64,000 bases of DNA from Phaeosaccion multiseriatum (lineage: Eukaryota; Protista; Ochrophyta, other classes). The notes under the pieces are model-generated. The model had not been told where the DNA came from. It saw nothing but the letters and a program-made list of their open reading frames with translations, and did no database searches. Location: positions 2,046,001 through 2,110,000 of the forward strand of contig OZ218953.1 in the NCBI GenBank assembly GCA_965112735.1. The letters are read 5' to 3'. The position numbers were made by a program, and so were the translations under genes. Position 1 is the first letter of the stretch, and the number at the start of each line of letters is the position of its first letter. Below, piece by piece: positions 57,301 to 64,000 of this stretch.

Positions 57301-58754
57301 ACATCGTATCTTCTCTTCTCTCCTTCTCTTCCTTTCCGCTCTGCTCTATCTCTCCACATCTATCCTCTTGTGCATCACTCACTCCTCTCACTCCCCCACT
57401 CACTCACTCCACTCGCTGTACTCACTCACTCACAGGTGGCGGTGGATGAGGCAGCCAAGAAGGTGGAGTCCCTCCTCCGACCCCTCGACGACGACAAGAA
57501 CGAGCACAAGCAGAAGCAGCTGCGCGAGCTTGCCCTCATCAACGGAACCCTCCGAGAAGAGGACTACTGCCACGGCTGCGGGGAGAAGGGCCACCGTCTC
57601 TACGAGTGTCCCAAGAATGTGGCCAAGGGGAGGACGTTCGACGTACGTTGCGCCATCTGTGGTGACACGAGTCACCCCACACGCGATTGCGCAGTGAAGC
57701 GGCAGCAGGAGGCGATGGGCATGGGAACCAGCAAGGTGAGTTATTTTTGGTTTCAGTTTCGGTTACCTCCTCCTCTTCCCTCACTCTTCTTCCTGCACAT
57801 TCACCCCCTCCTTCTCCCCTCCATTTTCCCTTCCAGGCGGTCCTTGATCAAGAATACATGTCCTTTATGAGCGAGCTAGGAGGAGAAGGAGGAGGGGGAG
57901 GAGCGGGAGCAGGAGGGGGACGAGGAGGAGGAGCAGCAGCAGCAGCAGCAGGAGGAGGAGGAGGAGGAGGAGCGCCTGGAGGGGGGGCAGGGGGTGCAGG
58001 AGGAGGTCGAGGGGGAGGAGTAGGAGGGGCGCCGCCACCGCCGCCACCAGTGCCGATCCAATTGGGCCAGCAGCAACAGTCGTATGGGCAGCCGCAGCAG
58101 TATAACGGAGCCCCCCCAGCTCCCCCTCCCCCACCCCCGCCTCCCCCCGCAGCTCCCTCGCCGTATTCCGCGGATCCGTATGGGCAGCAGCAGTATGGTC
58201 AGCAGCCACAAGCGACGAGCTACGGCCAGTATCAGCAGGCACCACCGCCACCGCCACCGCCGTCTCAGGCGAGTGCGTACGGCGGGTATGATCAACAGGG
58301 GACTTATGGGGGACAGCAGCAGGCAGCAGGGGCGTATGGGGGACAACAGCAGGCGTACGGAGGACAGCAAGGAGGAGGAGCGTATGGTGCAGCGGCGGCG
58401 CCCCCGCCCCCACCAGCGCCGGAAGGGTACTCCTCCGAACCCTATGGGCAACAACAGGCGCAGCAGCAAGGGTACGCACAGCAGCAGCAGCAGCAGCAGC
58501 AGCAGGCTGGGTACGACTACTACGGGGGGGGAGGGTACGGCGGTCAGCACCAGCAGCCTGTGGCACCGGGTTATGGGGCAGCCCCTCAGGCTGCTGGAGG
58601 CTATGCCCCTCAGGGGGGTTATGATGCTAGTGGGTACGGGGGCGGCTATGGGAGCTATGGTGGTGGTGGTGGTGGTGGTGGATACAGCCAACCCCCGCCA
58701 CCGCCGCCGATGGAGGGGCAGCCTCCTCCTCCTCCTGGCCCACCGCCTCCTTAG
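54303..58754 (+). CDS. SF1: Splicing factor 1 / branchpoint-bridging protein; 7 exons
   Basis: [19 protein letters not shown]|[15 protein letters not shown]2 [32 protein letters not shown]|[28 protein letters not shown], two Zn knuckles, [12 protein letters not shown] and a P/Q/G/Y tail. The start may be 54351. Confidence 0.96.
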
Positions 58755-58764
58755 AATATACCCT

Positions 58765-58802
<38 letters not shown>

Positions 58803-59193
58803 GTGGTTGTTGTCTTGTCAAGGCAGTGAGGGGCGGAGGTCTGTGCACGAAGGGAGAGAGAGGGGGGCAAAGGCGAAGAGAACAGTGAACTGACTCGTAG
58901 GCAGGGGTGTTGGGTGAGTAAGGACTGAGGAGGGACAGGGTGTGTGTGGAGGGGGTGTCAGTGTTGGGTTGACGCCAGCGGTTCAACGTCTCTCTTACCG
59001 AGGAACAAACCACGTGTGGAGTAAGAAGGTGAAAGACAACCTTCAACCGCTTAAACCATAAGACCCGAAAGGGACCTTTCCTTATCTAATTGTATATCTT
59101 AACATTCGTTTTTCGCCGGAACGCGATGAATTATGAGAGAGCTCCTGCTCTGTGCCATCTAAGCTATCTATCGACTTCAGTTTCAGTTTCAGT

Positions 59194-59640
59194 TTAGAAC
59201 TCGTCATCGTAGTCGTCTTCGTCCTCAGACTCTTCCTCGTCCTCCTCCTCCTCCTCCTCGTCCTCCTCCCCCTCCTCCTCCTCCTCCCCCTCCTCATCCT
59301 CATCTTCCTCCTCGTCGTCCTCTTCCTCCCCTTCGTCGCCGCCCTCTTCCCCTTCGTCCTCCTCCTCCTTTGCGGCTGCTGCTGCTGGCGACGAAGGCGA
59401 TGATGCTGCTGCTATTCTCGTCGGTGCTGCAGTCGCTGCACCCACGTCCTCGTCGCTCTCTGTCTCCTCCTCCTCTTCCTCCTCTTCCTCGACAGGGGCC
59501 AGACTCAGTTGGTCCCCTGTCAGTCGCTCAATGTCGAAGGGTCCTCCTGCCTCCTTGGACTTTGGAACCTTGTTCACGTAGGTAAGGAATCTGCAGGAGA
59601 GGAGTCGTAGTGAGAACACAACGTGGGGTCGAAGCGGGCG

Positions 59641-59678
<38 letters not shown>

Positions 59679-62600
59679 CAGCATTAAAAAGGGAGATGGT
59701 CAAAGTCAGCGCGGGGGAGTGAGCGAATTCGTGCGTGCGTAGCTCTCGCTGGGCGGGGGAAAGACGGACAGACAGATAGCAGACAGCAGACAGACAGATA
59801 AGACACACAGACAGATACACATACAGCGAGCAAGCCAAGCCGAGGCAGGCAGACCAGCAGGACCAGGATCCGCCCCCCCCCCGCAACTCCTCACTTCTTG
59901 AGATCGTCCTGAATGTTGAGGGCTGCCTCTAACTCCGCCTTCTTGCGAGCCAACACCTTGGCCTTCTTGGGGCTCAGAGAATCGTCGCCAGCGAAGTCTG
60001 CTTGCTTGAGACGCTGTACACCCTCCAGCACTACCTCCCACAGCAGCACCAGGTCCTGAGCAAGTGAGTGGGTGCGTGTGTTTGTATGAATGTGAGTGCG
60101 CAGGGAAGTAGACAGACGTGAGAACTGTTGAAAAGGAGAGAAATACGTGACTGACTGCTGACGTGCTGCACGCATCTGTGCAGCACATCTCTCCCCTGCC
60201 CGCTCCCTCTCCCTCTCACACATATTTTCACTTTCTCTCCCTCTCTCTCGCGCGCACACTTTCTTTACTTCTTACACTCTCCCTCCTCTCATCTCCCTCC
60301 CTTCTTACACTCTCCCTCCTCTCATCTCCCTCCCTTCTCACTCTCTCTCTCTCTCACGCACTCCCTCTCCCTCACCAGCGCAACGTAGCAAGAGACTGCA
60401 TCAGTCAACACATGCTCAAGTCCCTTCGGGGCTCTGACGCTCATGCCTAGGCGAATGGCGTCGAGGCAAGCGGTCATGGCCTCCACAGCCGCAAATTCCG
60501 TCGACTGCAATAAAATAAGGAGGAGGAGGAGGAGGAGGAGGAGGAGGAGGCGGAGGAAGAGGAGGAGGTAGAGGAGGAGGAGGAGGAGGAGGAGGACGAG
60601 GAGGAGGAGGAGGAGGAGAAGGAGGAGGAGGAGAAGGAGGAGGAGGAGGAGGAGGAGGAGGAGGAGGAGGAGAAGGAGGAGGAGAAGGAGGAGGAGGAGG
60701 AGGAGGAGGAGGAGGAGGAGGAGGAGGAGGAGGAGGAGGGGGGGGGGAGGAGGCCATGCAAGCAAACAGTCCATGTCAACAACACAATGGTGTGAGGAGG
60801 AGCGAAGTACAAAGCGTGTCCGAGCATTCACCTCTCTCTAACCAACACACACTGCACTCCACCCACTCACTTACTCACGCACTCACCCACGCACTCACTC
60901 ACACACACTCAGCTCACCTCCTTGCCCTGTACGGTCTCCTCAAGCCTGTCCCCGCCCCCTTCAAAGTCAACAACGCGAGCCTTGCAGAACTTCCAATAGG
61001 CCTTGACGACGCCTTGGTAGTCCTTGCCCGCAGAGTTCACCGCCAGCACCTTGGCATTCTATCATGTAAGGAAGATGAGGGCATATATGCGGCAGAAAAA
61101 GGACAGAAATAAAGACAGGATGCCCCCAACAACAGCCAAAACAAACCAAACAAACGAGGCAAGGCCAATGGGTTGGGTTGGGTTGCGGAGGTGGGTGAGA
61201 AGAAAGGAGAAGCAAGTAGTAGTAGTAGTAGTAGTAGTAGAGTAGTAGAAGTAGTAGTACGATTGGAAACGGGAGAAAAAGAGGTGCTCAGAGGGATAAC
61301 TGGCAAGTAATGATATATCGCCCATTCAGCATTTTACTGTAAGAGACGTCATTCATGGTTTCATCATAGCACCTTCCATCCCTTCCTCCTGCCTGCTTCC
61401 CTACCACTCCCAGCCCCCGAGCAAGTGCATATATGCCCACGCTTCCGTCCCTCCCTCCGCCTCCCTCCCTCTCCCCACCCTCCTTCTCCCCCCCCACACC
61501 CTCCCAACCTGCCCACCACCCACTCACGTTGAAGTAGTTCTCCTTCCCCTTGGTCTTGGGGTAGGCCTTCTTGGTGAGGCGGAGCATGTTCCTGCGCAGT
61601 CGCACCGCAGAGCCCTCCACCACCTCGGCGGACAAGCAATGAAGCACCTGACAGGAGAGGAGTGAGGGGACAGATAGAACAGACGATGTAAAAAGAGGGG
61701 GTGTAGAAGAGGGGATAGATAGAAGAGGCCATGGATAGAAGAGGAGAATAGAGGCGAGGCGGGGCAGGGCAGGGCAAGGAAGGGAGAGGAAAAGGCAGGG
61801 CAGGGAAAGGTAGTGGGCGAGTGGATGGGAGAGTGGGTAGATGAGTGAGTGAGTGAGTGAGTGAGTGAAGTAACCCTCCCTCCTTTCTACCACTCCTCCA
61901 AACCTAAACCCAACCTAACCAAACTCCAACTCCAACCCCAACTTCCTCACCAGGATTGCCTTCATCGTAGTTCGCCAATCCTCCTCCCTCATACGCGCGT
62001 AAATCTTGCCCAATACCCGCTCAATGTGGCTCTTTCCCTTGGATCCCACCGGCTCGTCAAAGGAGGCATAGCGATTCATATCGTGCACCATGTCCTGGAT
62101 CTCCTCCCGGAAGGGCGCCGTGTCTGCCGGCCACGTCATGCTCAGAATGAACTTTTCCATTTGAGAAGAGTACATTCCCTTTGCCACTTTCTTCCACTCC
62201 CCCAACTTGCCCTGCCCATCCTCTGCTACAGTCTTGGCCTTCTGCACCATCGCGTTCGCCAAGCCCGACAGGAGCGCACCTCCCCCTCCCCCTCCTCCAC
62301 CTCCTGCTCCGCGTCCACCGCGTCGGGGGGCAGGAGGGCCCCCCTTGCCTCTACGAGCGGGGACTACTTGTCGGTCCTTCCTGTGGGGGTCAGGCGGGGA
62401 GGCAGGCAGGGCATGGGAGAGGGTTGACGAGGGGGGTGAGAGTAAGTAAGAGGGGGTGCTGGTGCTAAAGACCCAAACAAGGCCCGCAGAGGCAACCTCA
62501 CCCTCCCCCCCCCCCCACCCCACCCCACGCCACCCGCTTCTGTATGCTGGCACCGCACGCACCCACGTACCATCTCCAGTCATCCTCCTCTTCGTCATAC

Positions 62601-63584
62601 CCGTCGTACTCGTCATCGTATTCGTCGTCAAAATCATCCTCTTCCTCCTCGTATCTTCTCTTCGCACTACTGCCCCCTCCTCTCCCACTCCCTCCTCCTC
62701 CCCCTCCGCTTTTCCGCTTTGCGCTCCTGCTCCCTGGTCTTTCTGGCTCAGCAACACGTGTCTTCCCCCCTCCCCCTCCTCCTCCTCGTCCACCGCTGCT
62801 CGATCTTCCCGACCCTGCTCTACTCTTGGAACTCCTGCTGTTGCTGGTGCCACTACCTCTGCTGCCACTTCCCCCTGACTTTTTGGGGCGAGATGCCCCT
62901 CCTCCTCCTGTGTGGTACGCCACGGCAGTTGAAAGCAGTGAGTCGGCAGATCAAAGCAACCAAACGGACAAGGACACATGCAAGGAGGAGGTTGCATTAG
63001 TTGTATGACATACGAGGGAGGGAAAGCTGCACTACTGCCCGAGTCTTGGTAAGATGCACGGCGGCATTGGCACCTACGGGCCCGGAGCGTTAGACACGTA
63101 GCAGCGTCGTCTCTGGTGTTGCCCTCACGATCCCTATAAGCACTGCTCCGCTGTCTGGCACCAGCGCTAAGAGCGAGGAGCGGACACGTCGCTGGCGACA
63201 TTGCCTGTACTGCCGCTACAAGCAAGTAGCACAAGGACAAGTGGCAGCCAACAGGAGGGAGCTCCCCGTGTAAACAATCCTTGCAACCATTCCTCGGCGC
63301 CTAACAAACTAATGGCCATAGCGCACAGCCGAGGACAGTCATACTTTCTTCTCTACATAGCCGGTGAGAGAAGCAGGGGCTCCACAACGGAGCCCCCCCA
63401 TCACAGTCTCTGTTTCTACTGTGAGGGACTTGCATGTGGGGACAGCCGCACGCATACCTCAGCCTGTTTCGCGACATCAACGCTTACCTCTGGAAGAGCG
63501 CGACGAGGAGGGAAGCGCCACCACAGTTGCCAGCAGCAGAGTTACGAGCACAAACAGCGCTATCCTCGGCGAAGCAGCCGCCAT
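59194..63584 (-). CDS. ANTH/ENTH-like domain protein with N-terminal signal peptide and acidic tail; about 8 exons
   Basis: Exon 1 MAAASPRIALFVLVTLLLATVVALPSSSRSSR splices in phase to a G/S/R/K-rich exon. ANTH-like motifs MEKFILSMTWP, VLGKIYARMREEDWRTTMKAIL|VLHCL and VVKAYWKFCKARVVDF. Confidence 0.75.
60518..60738. repeat. (GAG)n microsatellite, read as a (CTC)n polypyrimidine tract in an ANTH-gene intron
   Basis: Imperfect trinucleotide run just upstream of a minus-strand acceptor (ttgcag). Confidence 0.95.
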
Positions 63585-63790
63585 CGTACAATACGTCTCA
63601 GATGGAGGCAATCCACATCCCCAGGGGGGAGGATATGTCAATGACGAGTACGTAGAGTGCCATATTTGACGATTTTGCTAAAAGTAAAGTGGTACGCGGA
63701 CGGCCACCACCCACGCTTGGCGCTGTCTCGCAAGGAAAGCCTCAGGAGAGGACACCCCAAGGAACAAGGGCCTCTAGGGGAGAGGCGACG

Positions 63791-63889
63791 ATGGACAGTG
63801 TAGATTTTGTGCTCCAGGCTGTACCCGAGCTGAACGAAGAGGGAGATTTTCTCTCTCTCGAGGGGGCAGCCTTCTATGCCAATGGAGAG
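63791..63889 (+). CDS. Probable first exon of an unknown gene running off the right edge
   Basis: MDSVDFVLQAVPELNEEGDFLSLEGAAFYANGE followed by donor gtacgg. Divergent from the ANTH-like gene. Confidence 0.45.
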
Positions 63890-64000
63890 GTACGGGGCGG
63901 GATGGGACGGGACGGCACAGGGGTTGACAGAGACAGGCTGGGGTGGCTCAGAGGGTCCAGATTAGGGAGCGAGTGGGGGGACGATGGAGGAAGAGCTGCT

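Overview
Gene-dense, intron-rich, microsatellite-rich eukaryotic nuclear DNA. It is most likely from a photosynthetic stramenopile (ochrophyte), because several genes carry bipartite signal-plus-transit presequences with ASA-F/W-type cleavage motifs. I reconstructed about 20 protein-coding genes by hand from GT-AG splice sites and protein motifs. In order: a partial plastid-type protein, DnaJ, a VOC/glyoxalase, a METTL21-like methyltransferase, a 7-bladed RCC1-repeat membrane protein, a SnoaL-like plastid protein, an inverted pair of Xaa-Pro aminopeptidases, a truncated glucosidase II beta-like protein, a tandem PhnB/VOC protein, eRF3, an orphan, a class I SAM methyltransferase, an intronless AGC kinase, a claudin-like protein, a TMEM65-GAF fusion, a large orphan, SF1/BBP, a signal-peptide-bearing ANTH-like protein and the start of one more gene. 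I recognised no rRNA, tRNA, CRISPR array or transposase. The most notable observations are: (1) the tail-to-tail aminopeptidase pair shares a near-identical ~1.1 kb inverted block that could flip or homogenise the C-terminal halves between two different N-termini; (2) the TMEM65-GAF fusion; (3) the ANTH-like protein with a signal peptide; (4) an RCC1 propeller receptor with a 5-nt microexon; (5) an in-frame TGA in a CxxU context; (6) near-strict strand alternation with very short divergent promoters. All exon models are manual and unverified, and no database searches were run.
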